The notes beneath the pieces were generated by a model. It was not told where the DNA came from. It ran no database searches and saw only the letters and a program-made list of their open reading frames with translations. 24,227 nucleotides of DNA, from IMG/VR virus record IMGVR_UViG_3300025277_000148, positions 1 to 24,227 of that record; one strand, written 5' to 3'. Each line of letters opens with the position of its first letter. Within the stretch, counting starts at the first letter, position 1. The DNA is from a virus (taxonomy: Duplodnaviria; Caudoviricetes). Shown in pieces: positions 8,966 to 18,874 of this stretch. A program made the position numbers and the translations under genes.

Positions 8966-11900
8966 ATGCCAGAGATCAAGCATAATTTTACCGGTGGTAA
9001 GATGAACAAGGATGTCGACCAAAGACTTGTTCCAAAAGGAGAGTATAGAGATGCAATGAACATACAAGTGTCAACTTCAGAAGGATCTGATGTTGGAACT
9101 GTTCAGAATATATTGGGTAATCAACATGGTTGCATTGATGGTAGTCTTGATAGTATTACAAATAATTCTACTACCGTGGGGTCTGTAACGGATGAAAAAA
9201 CAGACTCTTTATATTGGTTTATATCAGGGGGACAACCCCAACCTGGTCCGAATGTCACAATGAGAGATTCTATTTGGAGACATACGTCAAACGATAATTG
9301 TAAACCTGTTTTCGTAGATAATTACGGTATTTCACTTACAAATCCTTTTGATGACACTTTTAACAGTTCAATTTTAACAAATATAACTTCGTCTGTTTTT
9401 AATGAAATAGAAGTTGGATGGACGGTAGTAGGTGTCACTAACGATGGTGTTTATTCTAACACAGCTACCATATCTTCTTTTAACACAGCGCCATATATCC
9501 CTTTTGATTTTGGCTACACACCAACAACTAATACCGTAAATATTGTAAGCGGAGTGGCGGTAAATCCTATGATTGACGTGGCGTCTGGTATTAGTTTTGT
9601 AATGTCACAAGATATTAATGGAAATTTTTCGCAATCCACTATAAACGAGGTATATCTACACGGATGGAGTGGAGGTTCTGTTAATCAGCTTGTTGGTGAT
9701 ACAATAGAAATCCCTGCTTATTCTGGTAACACATATACGATTAATGCTGCTAGTACCGTTTCTTTGACGTACTTAAATGGGCTGGGTGAGCAGGCTGTAA
9801 AGTTAATACTAGACACTAATACAGTACTATTTTCAAACCCAACGTTAGATCCTAGCGTTACCGCAGAATTAACTAGCGGTATAGGATTAGTTGGATCGCA
9901 TAACGGATCTTCTATTTCCGCTTTAATAACTAGCTCGGATCAAGTAACAACTAATATTGCAAACGGAGAAATTATATTCAATACTGTGTATGGCGTACCT
10001 CAAACTACAGGTGGACCAATTCAGTTTGCATATGATGTTACAAACACTACTGTTGGAAGTGTTGTTAGCATTAGCGGTATTACGGGTGGTATTCAATCTA
10101 GTGATTTCTGTGTTCAATCTATAAACACGTCTAACAACTCTATAGTACTAGAAGATTGTCAAACTGGAGTTACTGCACTACAAGGATTTCAAGTTGGTGG
10201 ATTGTCTTATGGCGTACCTCAAACTACAGGTGGATCAATTCAGTTTGCAGTTAGTGGTCTAGTGGAACTTGACCAACCTTTAAATCTACAAGGAACCTAC
10301 CAATCGTTATACTTTCAAGGGCCAAGAACACTTAATTTTAACGCTAACACCTTAATAACTGGAATTGATGTTGTAGATGGTATGTTATTTTGGACCGATA
10401 ATAAAACTGAGCCTAAAAAAATAAACATAGAACGTAGTATAGATGGGACGTATTCTAATGGACTACAGCATACTCGCGTTATAAATTCTGACCAAGGGTT
10501 ATCTATAGGTAGTAATGTTATGGCGCGTGAAAAACATATAACTGTTATTCGAAAAAGCCCTATTAAATCTTTGTCACTAGAGCTTAGTGACGGAAGGGAC
10601 CCTTCTTTAAACTACTCTGCAATTACAATAACTTCAGATAATCCAATAAACACGTCAATAATTAGCTCTAGTAACCCGGCAACTACTACTGATTTTTCAG
10701 GATTATTAATTGAGGATACTATTCAAGTTTCATTTCCTTATGACTATGATATAAACAGCACGTTTAGTGTTGCTTGGGCTCCTGGTGATTACTTATTATT
10801 AAAAGAAGAGATTAACTCAACAGATTTACCATCTACACCTTTGACCAACTGGACAATAAGGGGTAAAATACTAAACGTTCAAAACGGTAATAATTTTGAC
10901 TCAAGCAATGGTATTGTTGTTGCAACTATTGAAATAGTTGGTTTAAATGGTGTTCCTCCCGAACCAGCCGCGGGCCAAACAATGATGTTTGTAGCTGATT
11001 TAGAGTACTCTGACACCCGTATATTTCAAGATAAATTTCCTAGGTTTTCTTATAGATACAAATACATTGATGGAGAATATTCTACGTTTGCTCCGTGGTC
11101 TGAGCCAGCTTTTATTCCAACAAGCTTTAATTATGACCCTAAAAAAGGTTGGAACACTGGTATGCGTAACAACCTTCAATCAGTAAAGTTAAAAGGTTTT
11201 AACACATCAACGTATGCGGATATTACATCTATTGATATATTATACAAAGATGACTCTTCTCCAAATGTTTACCTTGTTCAGACGATTAGTCCAATAGATA
11301 TTATTTCGAGTGGACAGGTGGATCGCCCTTGGTTTTTAAATGAGTATATCGTAAACTCAGAAAACATAAAAGGTGTAATTCCTTCTGGGCAGTTGTTACG
11401 AGCATGGGATGGAGTTCCTAAAAAAGCTCTTGCTCAAAGCATTAGTGGTAACAGGGTCATTTACGGTAACTACGAGCAACATTATGATTTGTTAATAGGT
11501 GGAGAGATTTATACCCCAGATTTTAATAACAGTTTAGTTGCGTGGGCACCCTCAACAGCTGGATCACCGCAAAAGTCAATTAAATCTTTAAGGGATTACA
11601 AGTTAGGTGTTGTTTTTACAGATAAATACGGTAGAGAGACACCAGTACTTATAGGAGAGAATGGAGGTTTTAGTGTTAAAAAAATTGAATCTAAAAATTA
11701 TAACAGGTTGACAGCTTCTTTAAGTGGTGTTCCGCCAAGCGAAATGGCGTACTACAAGTTTTATATAAAAGAAACATCTTCCGAATATTACAACGTACCT
11801 ATGGACCGCTGGTACTCCGCTGAAGACGGAAATATATGGTTATCCATGCCATCTGCTGATAGAAATAAAATTGATTTAGATACTTTTTTATATTTTAAAA

Positions 11901-14900
11901 AGGGAGAGTCTGGCGACAAAAATGTGATAGAAAACTCTACAGAGTACAAAGTGTTAGATATAGATAACGAGGCTCCAAAATGGATTAAAACTAAAAAAAT
12001 TCGTATAGGATCAGCAAAACACAATGTAGCAGCTAATTCATGTTTATTTGGATTTGCCAATGACACGACTAACTTAGCGCCTAAAGTAGGTGAAATATCT
12101 TTTAGTTTAAACTACGACGGTCCTAGTGAGTTTGCTAATTTACCTTTTAAAACATCAACGTTAGCTAGTTTGCAAAACGTTGAAGAGCAATTGTATATAC
12201 AGTTTGTAATGGGTAACGACTACTCGTCTCAATACGCTATAAATGAAATTACTTCAGATTTTGATCCGAGTTTAACAGCTGTCAGCAACTATTTTATATC
12301 GCTAACAAAACCTTTAGATAACGATATAAATATTATATTTGACAACCCAGCATTTTCTAGTGCAATCAAAGAGGATGTTAGAGTTGTATTTACTAAAGGA
12401 GTAATACAAAACACGCCAAACTTTGATGGTAGATTTTTTGTTAAAATTGAAAACGATGGTAAAATTCAATCAATGGTTTCTGACAGTACTCAAGGTATTA
12501 ATTATCAGGTAAAAGTTTCTATGCCAGTTTATGAGAAAAGTGGAGGTGACTCTATTGGAGATTATGGTATTCACGCTCACGCTTATACTCGCTCGGGTAC
12601 TAACTATGTAGCAAAAGACTGGTGTGGCTCTGTAACCGGCGGGTGTGGAAACTTTACTTGGGGAGGGTATGGAGTGTCTACAAGTTGCTCTCAGTACAAA
12701 GGAGCTCTCGATAATCCTGGTGGTTACAATTATAACAGACTAGCATCTAGAAAAAGTTTTACAAGAGATTTAGGTGGCGAGACAATGAACAGTCTTGGTG
12801 GTAGTGGTGAGGGTAGTGCAAGTGGTGTGTTTTTTATCAACACGGGCAAAAGAACTTGGAAAAAGAGAAACACTGTTGGTTGTAACGATGATACGTTAGC
12901 GTGGGCAGATAACAATAATATGAACGCTTTTTCGCCTGCGTGTAATAATCTTGATTCATATTCAGGTTGTGGCGCCGGTTGGATTGACCCCTTTCCTGGT
13001 ATCCACCCTGGTGGTGGGGGATCATATATTAATATAGGTTTTTCTGGTATAAAAGCACCAGGTAGTAGTAGTTTAAGATCGCTCTTTCATGGGGGTTATG
13101 GCTCGGGTGGAACTGGTAATTACCATCTTCACGATTCCATCTCTTCGTTTTTTGGTGTTGGTACAACAAATGACAGTCACAATGACCCAGCTACTAAAAC
13201 ATTTGTAGAAGGTTTTGTGGCAGGATCAAAATTCAAGTGGAAAGAAGACCCTACTGAAACTATATATACAATAGTAGATCAAACAGATTGTAGTTATGAC
13301 GTGCATTTTGCTAGACATTCTGATGGATACTGTATGCATGGAACTGCTTTTATTGGTGATCCAAGTACATATACTAAAAACTGGGATTTTAAAACAGACA
13401 AACCTATAGTTTGGAACCCGTCTAGTGATTCTGGGATATTTATTGACGGTGGTCTTCATTTAGGTGATGCAACTGGATCTGCGGATCACGTGCGTAATGT
13501 TACCACTGATGGTGGTTTAACTCTAACCCTAGCAGATGCATCCGGAATACAAGTGGGTATGGCTGTAAGACACGCGAATATACCTTTAGAGTGTAATGTC
13601 GTGACTGTTGCTGGAAACTCAGTTGGTATTAGCGTTCAATCTACAAGTTCTGTTACAGGAGAGGATTTAAGTTTTGGTTTTATAATACGTGTTAAGGGTG
13701 GTTTAATTAATGGTATTGATGTTGGTGGAGTTGTTGGGACTAATCCTCAGGAAAACTATCTTTTGGTAGATCGTATTAGTACACAATGTAGTAATGGTAA
13801 TAGTTTAAAACCTATGTACGATCTACATGTTGGAATGGCTCTTGATTTTTGCAACGGCACGCTTAGTGATAATTTTTATGGTCTTGCTATAAAAAGTATA
13901 GGAGAAAAAGACAGTAATGGTAATTATAGAATAGATTTAGGTGGTATGTATAAACCACTTATAGGGTTTGAGGTTTGTCCTAATTTTTCTAGTACTAGTG
14001 GCGTAGAGCTTAACAAGGCTTTAGCGGTTAAGCAGGCTGTAATGAATGGGGCTAGTAATTTTTCTGAAGCTAACACGGATTACAGTTTACAAAACCATCC
14101 AATGGCAATAGAAAATGGACTTTGCGGATCTATAGTAGCGGTAGGTTATACACTTCAATTTCTTCAAGAATACGACACATATAGCGATGGAAATGTTATG
14201 CCAGAAAACCCTTTTATTTGGGAAACAAAGCCAAAAAATGATGAGGGGGTAGATGTTTATTACGAAATTAGTGATAGATATTCTATTGAATTGAACCCAA
14301 GTACAATCTCACAAACAATACCTTTACAGTCACGGGTAGCTAGCGTACTTAACGAGGGGGGGATGGATTTAATGCAACCACTTGTAATTAACGTTGGAGG
14401 TCCTGGTGGGGACGAGATAACAATACAAACTAGTATTATTAATGGAATTCCAGGAGCTTGGGTTGGACCAGGATCATCACCAACGGGAGTAAACCCTATT
14501 GTAGTTGGAAGTACTTTAATAATAACTAAACCTAACGGGGAGTCGTTTAACGTTGTGGTTGAAGAGATTATGAATCAAACGGCATTTGGAACAGGTTATC
14601 TTTCCAACAAGTTTCGTCTTCAAAAAAATCTATATGGAAGCGAGCACACTTTAAATTGGCACAACTGTTATTCTTTTGGAAACGGAGTAGAATCAAATAG
14701 ATCAAAAGATGTGTATAATGCTAGCTTTATGGGCAATGGCGTTAAGGTTTCATCTGTTTTTGAAGAGTATGCGAAAGAACGTCGTTATAGTGGATTAGTA
14801 TATTCTGGTATATATAACTCTACATCAGGGATAAATAATTTAAACCAATTTTCTTACGCTGAAAAAATTACAAAAGACATAAACCCTATTTATGGTAGTA

Positions 14901-17900
14901 TACAAAAACTACATAGTGGGTGGGGACAAGGTGGAGATTTAGTAACGCTTTGTGAAGATAGAGTATTAAAAATACTAGCTAATAAAGACGCTTTGTTTAA
15001 TGCTGATGGAAATACAAATGTAACCTCAACAAACAATGTTTTAGGTCAAGCTATCCCTTATTCTGGTGAGTACGGTATATCTAAAAATCCAGAATCATTT
15101 GCATCGGAAGCTTATAGAATTTACTTCACTGATAAAGTTAGAGGTACTGTTATGAGGTTGTCTATGGACGGGTTAACACCTATATCGAACCATGGTATGA
15201 AAGATTGGTTTAGAGATCGCTTAAAACTAGGTGATAAACTAATTGGCAGTTACGACGATAGAAAAGACGAATACAATATTACTATAAAAGGTAATACTAT
15301 TGCTAAAACGGTTACATTTAAAGAGGACGTAAAAGGTTGGGTGAGTTTCAAATCATTTACACCTGAAAATGCTATTAGCTGTGCTAATGAGTATTACACG
15401 TTTAAAGATGGTAATATATGGAAACATCACAATGAGGATGTTGATAGAAATACCTTTTACAATGAAAGTCTTGTACCATCAAGTGTAGAAGTTATATTTA
15501 ACGAAGTGCCTGGAAGTGTTAAATCTTTTAAAACTGTAAATTACGAAGGATCACAAGCTAAAGTAACTTCAAAAGATGAAAACAATCTTACGTTGATGGA
15601 TGGCGAGTACTTTAACTTAGTAGAAGAAAAAGGTTGGCACGTTACCAATGTTATTACTAACTTAGAACAAGGTGGTATAACTGAGTTTATAAAGAAAGAA
15701 GGTAAGTGGTTTGGATATGTTACAGGTAACGATGTTACTATAAGTTCTGCTGGTAATATATCAGGTAACTATGATACTGAAGATTCTAGTATACAGGGTA
15801 TAGGTAGAACTTTTAATACAACAACTAGTATTGTATACGGCTGTATGGACTCCACAATGTTTAATTATAACGACGCCGTTACTAATGATGATGGTTCTTG
15901 TATTAATTTTAGTCATGGGTGTATGGATCCTGATGCTGACAACTTCCAATTGAGCGCTAATACAGATGATGGAAGTTGCTACTACTTAGGTTGCACAACG
16001 GGACCTTTAGCTGATCAAGAACAGTTTGGTGGATCTATAAACTATGATTCTAACGCGACGGTGGATGATGGTAGTTGTATTGCAGCTATTTGGGGATGTA
16101 CTATTTTAGGCTATTTTAATTCTAATCCATTGGCAAACATGCCAAGTAATTACTGTATTCCGATTAATCTTGGCTGTACAGATTCTAGCGCTAATAACTA
16201 TGTTGCTCTTGTTGACGAAATGACAGATGTTAATACTGACGATGGAAGTTGTGAATATTTAGGATGTACTGATCCTATAGCTACAAACTATAACTTTACA
16301 AGTAGTTCACCGATTGTTGATGGTCCTAATGGAAATTTAACTTATCTAAATGGTACCGCAATTGATGATGGTTCTTGTACTTACATTGGTGGTTGTACGG
16401 ATGCTTTAGCCTGTAACTTTGACGCTACCGCAACACAAGACAATGGTTTATGTTATTTCTGTGCAGATGATAACGCTGATAATTATGACGCAGTAGTGCC
16501 TTTCACTGATTACACTTGTCTTGGCGCTTGTACATACTGTAATGATGTGGCTAGTGTTACAATAACAAACCAAACAACGTCTGACGCTGGAATGAGCAAT
16601 GGAACTGTCACGATAGAGTGGCCGGCGTCTACATCAAGCTCAGTTACTTCGTATGAAGTTTACAATTGGAATTATACTATCCTAGAAACTATTACATCTT
16701 CTGGAAATCCTACAGAAACACTTACTATTACAGGTTTAGAAGCAGGAACTTATAATATCTACGTTAAGACTATTTGCACAACTAGTGCTGGTAACACACT
16801 TACAGCAGGTGAGCATCTTCCAGGAGGTAACATTGGAACAGGTCCGCATTTTGGAACAACTGTTTCAACAACTATTACGTCAACTCCAATACCTGGTTGT
16901 ACAGATGGCACTGGAGCAAATAATAACGTTGGTGGAACTTGGGGCGCTTGTAACTATGATGCATCAGCAACTGTAGATGATGGTTCATGTGAATACACAA
17001 CATGTACCGGTTGTAACGATAACGCTTACGTAGAGTATTGTGGTGATTGTTGGGATGCTGTTAACCAAGTTAATGGACCAGAAGGAAGTAATTATGGCCC
17101 TTGGGTTGCTGACACAATTCCTACTAGCTGTTTAACTCCTATAGTTTATGGATGTACAGATTCAACAGCATTTAATTATGATGCAAATGCTACTACAGAT
17201 GATGGAAGTTGTGTTGCCATTGTTTTAGGTTGTACAGATGATACGTTAAATAACGATGGAAGTTATGCCGCTTCAAACTATAATGTGCTCGCTAATACAG
17301 ATGATGGTAGCTGTAATCCTTACAATTGCCCGTATGATCTTAATATTAGTATATCCTCTAACGGCGCAAGCTTTGTTTGTACAGTATTAAACTTTACTAC
17401 ACCTTACTCTTTTGCTGATATAACAAGAACAGCCACAATTAATGGTACTACTATACCATCTTTTACTTCAAATAGTAATGTGTATCAAGGAACAGATAAT
17501 ATTGGCAGAAGGTTTTTTGAATCAATAGCGGGTTACATTACAGCTGGAGATACTAGTATTACTGTAGACTTTAACGTAACAACTACTGATGGTAACTGTA
17601 ATGTTGATGCAACAACTAAGATATTTACAATCGGTTGTACAGACGCTACTGCTGACAACTATGGGTCGTTTGATATAACAGATAATACACAATGTACATA
17701 TTCAGGGTGTATGGATGCTACGGCTTGTAATTACAATGTTTTAGCAACTACTAGCAACCCTGGCGATCCCTGTCTTTTCTGTGGCGACGTAAACGCTTTA
17801 AATTACGATGGTGCTAGTTGTAACGCTGGGTGTGTTTACAGTGGTTGTACAGATACCACTCCGTCGACTATGAACTCGCTTGTGCTCGCTGCAAGTAACT

Positions 17901-18871
17901 TCGATCCAAATACTACCGTAAGTTGTGGTACTAATAACGATAACGAATGTTGTACTTACCATGATGATCAAGATGTAGTCGCGAATTTAATTGGTAGTAC
18001 TAACTTCTGGATGGTACGAGTTGCATACGAGCCTGGGTCTACTGGTTATACTGAAGCTGTAATGTCGAGCTATGTATTAGGTCAATCTCCAGGTCTTACG
18101 CTTAGTATGACCAACCAGTTCCCGGTGAGTAACATGACTTCTTCTCTTGGTGATAGGCTAGCAACAATATTGATTCCTTCAGTGTGGGAGAGTTACGTTT
18201 ACAACAATAATTTGAGAGTAACTCTTAGTGCTGATTTTAATGGGGCTTGTGACAATGACTTTTTATCTGATCAACTACCTACAGGAAGCACTGGTTTTAG
18301 AACGTTTAATTTTTCAGTTGGTTGTAAAGACGATAATACTGCTATCAACTATGATCCAAGCGTAGATCTTGGTATGGCTAGTACTTGTATTGCTGCTAAT
18401 CCAGGATGTATGGATTCTACAGCGACTAATTATGACGCTGATTTCAATCAAGATTGTACTGAGTTAGGTAGCACAAACCCTAACGATTGTTGTTGTTATA
18501 CTTGTGACGCTCCTAGTTGGGATGCAACTAATCCTGTTGTTGTTAACACTTGGAACTCTTTAACGTCTCCAACACACGCAACGCAAATTACATTTAACTT
18601 CGCCGCAGTTAATACGGCAGTTAGTTATAATATTGTAATTAAACTTGGCGCTTCTTCAACTTTCGTTGGGTACGGTGTCGTGCCTACGTCAATAAACAAC
18701 GGTATTGCTAGTTACGTTTACAATAGCCCTTTCCCTGCGGGATCACCTTGGTTCCAAGACGGAACTACATACGCATTCGCCGTATTGGCAAATTGCGAAA
18801 ATGAAGATGGAGATTCTTGTGGCACAGCCGGTAGTGGTTACATATCAGTTGAATTAAACTCTAATATTTAA
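8966..18871 (+). CDS. Giant tail stabilisation/muzzle-like protein (P22 gp10-like role) with inserted domains and a C-terminal Cys-rich repeat/FN3 array
   Basis: N-terminus FTGGKMNKDVDQRLVPKGEYRDAMNI. Core blocks LFWTDNKTEPKKINI, RFSYRYKYIDGEYS, GNRVIYGNY, GVVFTDKYGRETPV, NCYSFGNGVES, GEYGISKNPESFA and KEGKWF. The repeats begin after SIQGIG. Confidence 0.75.
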   Translation: MPEIKHNFTGGKMNKDVDQRLVPKGEYRDAMNIQVSTSEGSDVGTVQNILGNQHGCIDGSLDSITNNSTTVGSVTDEKTDSLYWFISGGQPQPGPNVTMRDSIWRHTSNDNCKPVFVDNYGISLTNPFDDTFNSSILTNITSSVFNEIEVGWTVVGVTNDGVYSNTATISSFNTAPYIPFDFGYTPTTNTVNIVSGVAVNPMIDVASGISFVMSQDINGNFSQSTINEVYLHGWSGGSVNQLVGDTIEIPAYSGNTYTINAASTVSLTYLNGLGEQAVKLILDTNTVLFSNPTLDPSVTAELTSGIGLVGSHNGSSISALITSSDQVTTNIANGEIIFNTVYGVPQTTGGPIQFAYDVTNTTVGSVVSISGITGGIQSSDFCVQSINTSNNSIVLEDCQTGVTALQGFQVGGLSYGVPQTTGGSIQFAVSGLVELDQPLNLQGTYQSLYFQGPRTLNFNANTLITGIDVVDGMLFWTDNKTEPKKINIERSIDGTYSNGLQHTRVINSDQGLSIGSNVMAREKHITVIRKSPIKSLSLELSDGRDPSLNYSAITITSDNPINTSIISSSNPATTTDFSGLLIEDTIQVSFPYDYDINSTFSVAWAPGDYLLLKEEINSTDLPSTPLTNWTIRGKILNVQNGNNFDSSNGIVVATIEIVGLNGVPPEPAAGQTMMFVADLEYSDTRIFQDKFPRFSYRYKYIDGEYSTFAPWSEPAFIPTSFNYDPKKGWNTGMRNNLQSVKLKGFNTSTYADITSIDILYKDDSSPNVYLVQTISPIDIISSGQVDRPWFLNEYIVNSENIKGVIPSGQLLRAWDGVPKKALAQSISGNRVIYGNYEQHYDLLIGGEIYTPDFNNSLVAWAPSTAGSPQKSIKSLRDYKLGVVFTDKYGRETPVLIGENGGFSVKKIESKNYNRLTASLSGVPPSEMAYYKFYIKETSSEYYNVPMDRWYSAEDGNIWLSMPSADRNKIDLDTFLYFKKGESGDKNVIENSTEYKVLDIDNEAPKWIKTKKIRIGSAKHNVAANSCLFGFANDTTNLAPKVGEISFSLNYDGPSEFANLPFKTSTLASLQNVEEQLYIQFVMGNDYSSQYAINEITSDFDPSLTAVSNYFISLTKPLDNDINIIFDNPAFSSAIKEDVRVVFTKGVIQNTPNFDGRFFVKIENDGKIQSMVSDSTQGINYQVKVSMPVYEKSGGDSIGDYGIHAHAYTRSGTNYVAKDWCGSVTGGCGNFTWGGYGVSTSCSQYKGALDNPGGYNYNRLASRKSFTRDLGGETMNSLGGSGEGSASGVFFINTGKRTWKKRNTVGCNDDTLAWADNNNMNAFSPACNNLDSYSGCGAGWIDPFPGIHPGGGGSYINIGFSGIKAPGSSSLRSLFHGGYGSGGTGNYHLHDSISSFFGVGTTNDSHNDPATKTFVEGFVAGSKFKWKEDPTETIYTIVDQTDCSYDVHFARHSDGYCMHGTAFIGDPSTYTKNWDFKTDKPIVWNPSSDSGIFIDGGLHLGDATGSADHVRNVTTDGGLTLTLADASGIQVGMAVRHANIPLECNVVTVAGNSVGISVQSTSSVTGEDLSFGFIIRVKGGLINGIDVGGVVGTNPQENYLLVDRISTQCSNGNSLKPMYDLHVGMALDFCNGTLSDNFYGLAIKSIGEKDSNGNYRIDLGGMYKPLIGFEVCPNFSSTSGVELNKALAVKQAVMNGASNFSEANTDYSLQNHPMAIENGLCGSIVAVGYTLQFLQEYDTYSDGNVMPENPFIWETKPKNDEGVDVYYEISDRYSIELNPSTISQTIPLQSRVASVLNEGGMDLMQPLVINVGGPGGDEITIQTSIINGIPGAWVGPGSSPTGVNPIVVGSTLIITKPNGESFNVVVEEIMNQTAFGTGYLSNKFRLQKNLYGSEHTLNWHNCYSFGNGVESNRSKDVYNASFMGNGVKVSSVFEEYAKERRYSGLVYSGIYNSTSGINNLNQFSYAEKITKDINPIYGSIQKLHSGWGQGGDLVTLCEDRVLKILANKDALFNADGNTNVTSTNNVLGQAIPYSGEYGISKNPESFASEAYRIYFTDKVRGTVMRLSMDGLTPISNHGMKDWFRDRLKLGDKLIGSYDDRKDEYNITIKGNTIAKTVTFKEDVKGWVSFKSFTPENAISCANEYYTFKDGNIWKHHNEDVDRNTFYNESLVPSSVEVIFNEVPGSVKSFKTVNYEGSQAKVTSKDENNLTLMDGEYFNLVEEKGWHVTNVITNLEQGGITEFIKKEGKWFGYVTGNDVTISSAGNISGNYDTEDSSIQGIGRTFNTTTSIVYGCMDSTMFNYNDAVTNDDGSCINFSHGCMDPDADNFQLSANTDDGSCYYLGCTTGPLADQEQFGGSINYDSNATVDDGSCIAAIWGCTILGYFNSNPLANMPSNYCIPINLGCTDSSANNYVALVDEMTDVNTDDGSCEYLGCTDPIATNYNFTSSSPIVDGPNGNLTYLNGTAIDDGSCTYIGGCTDALACNFDATATQDNGLCYFCADDNADNYDAVVPFTDYTCLGACTYCNDVASVTITNQTTSDAGMSNGTVTIEWPASTSSSVTSYEVYNWNYTILETITSSGNPTETLTITGLEAGTYNIYVKTICTTSAGNTLTAGEHLPGGNIGTGPHFGTTVSTTITSTPIPGCTDGTGANNNVGGTWGACNYDASATVDDGSCEYTTCTGCNDNAYVEYCGDCWDAVNQVNGPEGSNYGPWVADTIPTSCLTPIVYGCTDSTAFNYDANATTDDGSCVAIVLGCTDDTLNNDGSYAASNYNVLANTDDGSCNPYNCPYDLNISISSNGASFVCTVLNFTTPYSFADITRTATINGTTIPSFTSNSNVYQGTDNIGRRFFESIAGYITAGDTSITVDFNVTTTDGNCNVDATTKIFTIGCTDATADNYGSFDITDNTQCTYSGCMDATACNYNVLATTSNPGDPCLFCGDVNALNYDGASCNAGCVYSGCTDTTPSTMNSLVLAASNFDPNTTVSCGTNNDNECCTYHDDQDVVANLIGSTNFWMVRVAYEPGSTGYTEAVMSSYVLGQSPGLTLSMTNQFPVSNMTSSLGDRLATILIPSVWESYVYNNNLRVTLSADFNGACDNDFLSDQLPTGSTGFRTFNFSVGCKDDNTAINYDPSVDLGMASTCIAANPGCMDSTATNYDADFNQDCTELGSTNPNDCCCYTCDAPSWDATNPVVVNTWNSLTSPTHATQITFNFAAVNTAVSYNIVIKLGASSTFVGYGVVPTSINNGIASYVYNSPFPAGSPWFQDGTTYAFAVLANCENEDGDSCGTAGSGYISVELNSNI
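9989..10249 (+). repeat. 42-bp direct repeat pair (9989-10030 and 10208-10249), 41/42 identical, 219 bp apart
   Basis: TATGGCGTACCTCAAACTACAGGTGGA(C/T)CAATTCAGTTTGCA, encoding YGVPQTTGG(P/S)IQFA twice. Confidence 0.95.
15836..18510 (+). repeat. About 18 Cys-rich protein repeats, consensus GC(T/M)DxxAxNYxxxAxxDDGSC
   Basis: Visible in the translation, e.g. YGCMDSTMFNYNDAVTNDDGSC and YGCTDSTAFNYDANATTDDGSC. The copies are diverged at DNA level. Confidence 0.92.
16550..16780 (+). other. Fibronectin type III-like domain inside the repeat array
   Basis: VTIEWPAS...VTSYEVY...TLTITGLEAGTYNIYVKTIC fits the FN3 W / Y / GL-x-x-GT-Y pattern. Confidence 0.7.
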
Positions 18872-18874
18872 ACT

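Noticed and set aside
9989-10249. Diversity-generating retroelement TR/VR pair
   Set aside because: The repeat is only 42 bp with a single mismatch, both copies are in the same ORF, and there is no reverse transcriptase in the window.
14356-14362. G7 run as a phase-variation tract
   Set aside because: The run is short and encodes EGG. Slippage would truncate conserved, presumably essential muzzle blocks downstream.
15836-18510. CRISPR-like array suggested by recurring GATGATGGAAGTTGT-like words
   Set aside because: These are degenerate in-frame codons for DDGSC with irregular spacing, i.e. a protein repeat.
8966-18871. Intein or intron explaining the size of the giant gene
   Set aside because: I found no convincing intein splice-junction blocks or homing endonuclease motifs, and the inserts look like surface beta or Cys-rich domains.
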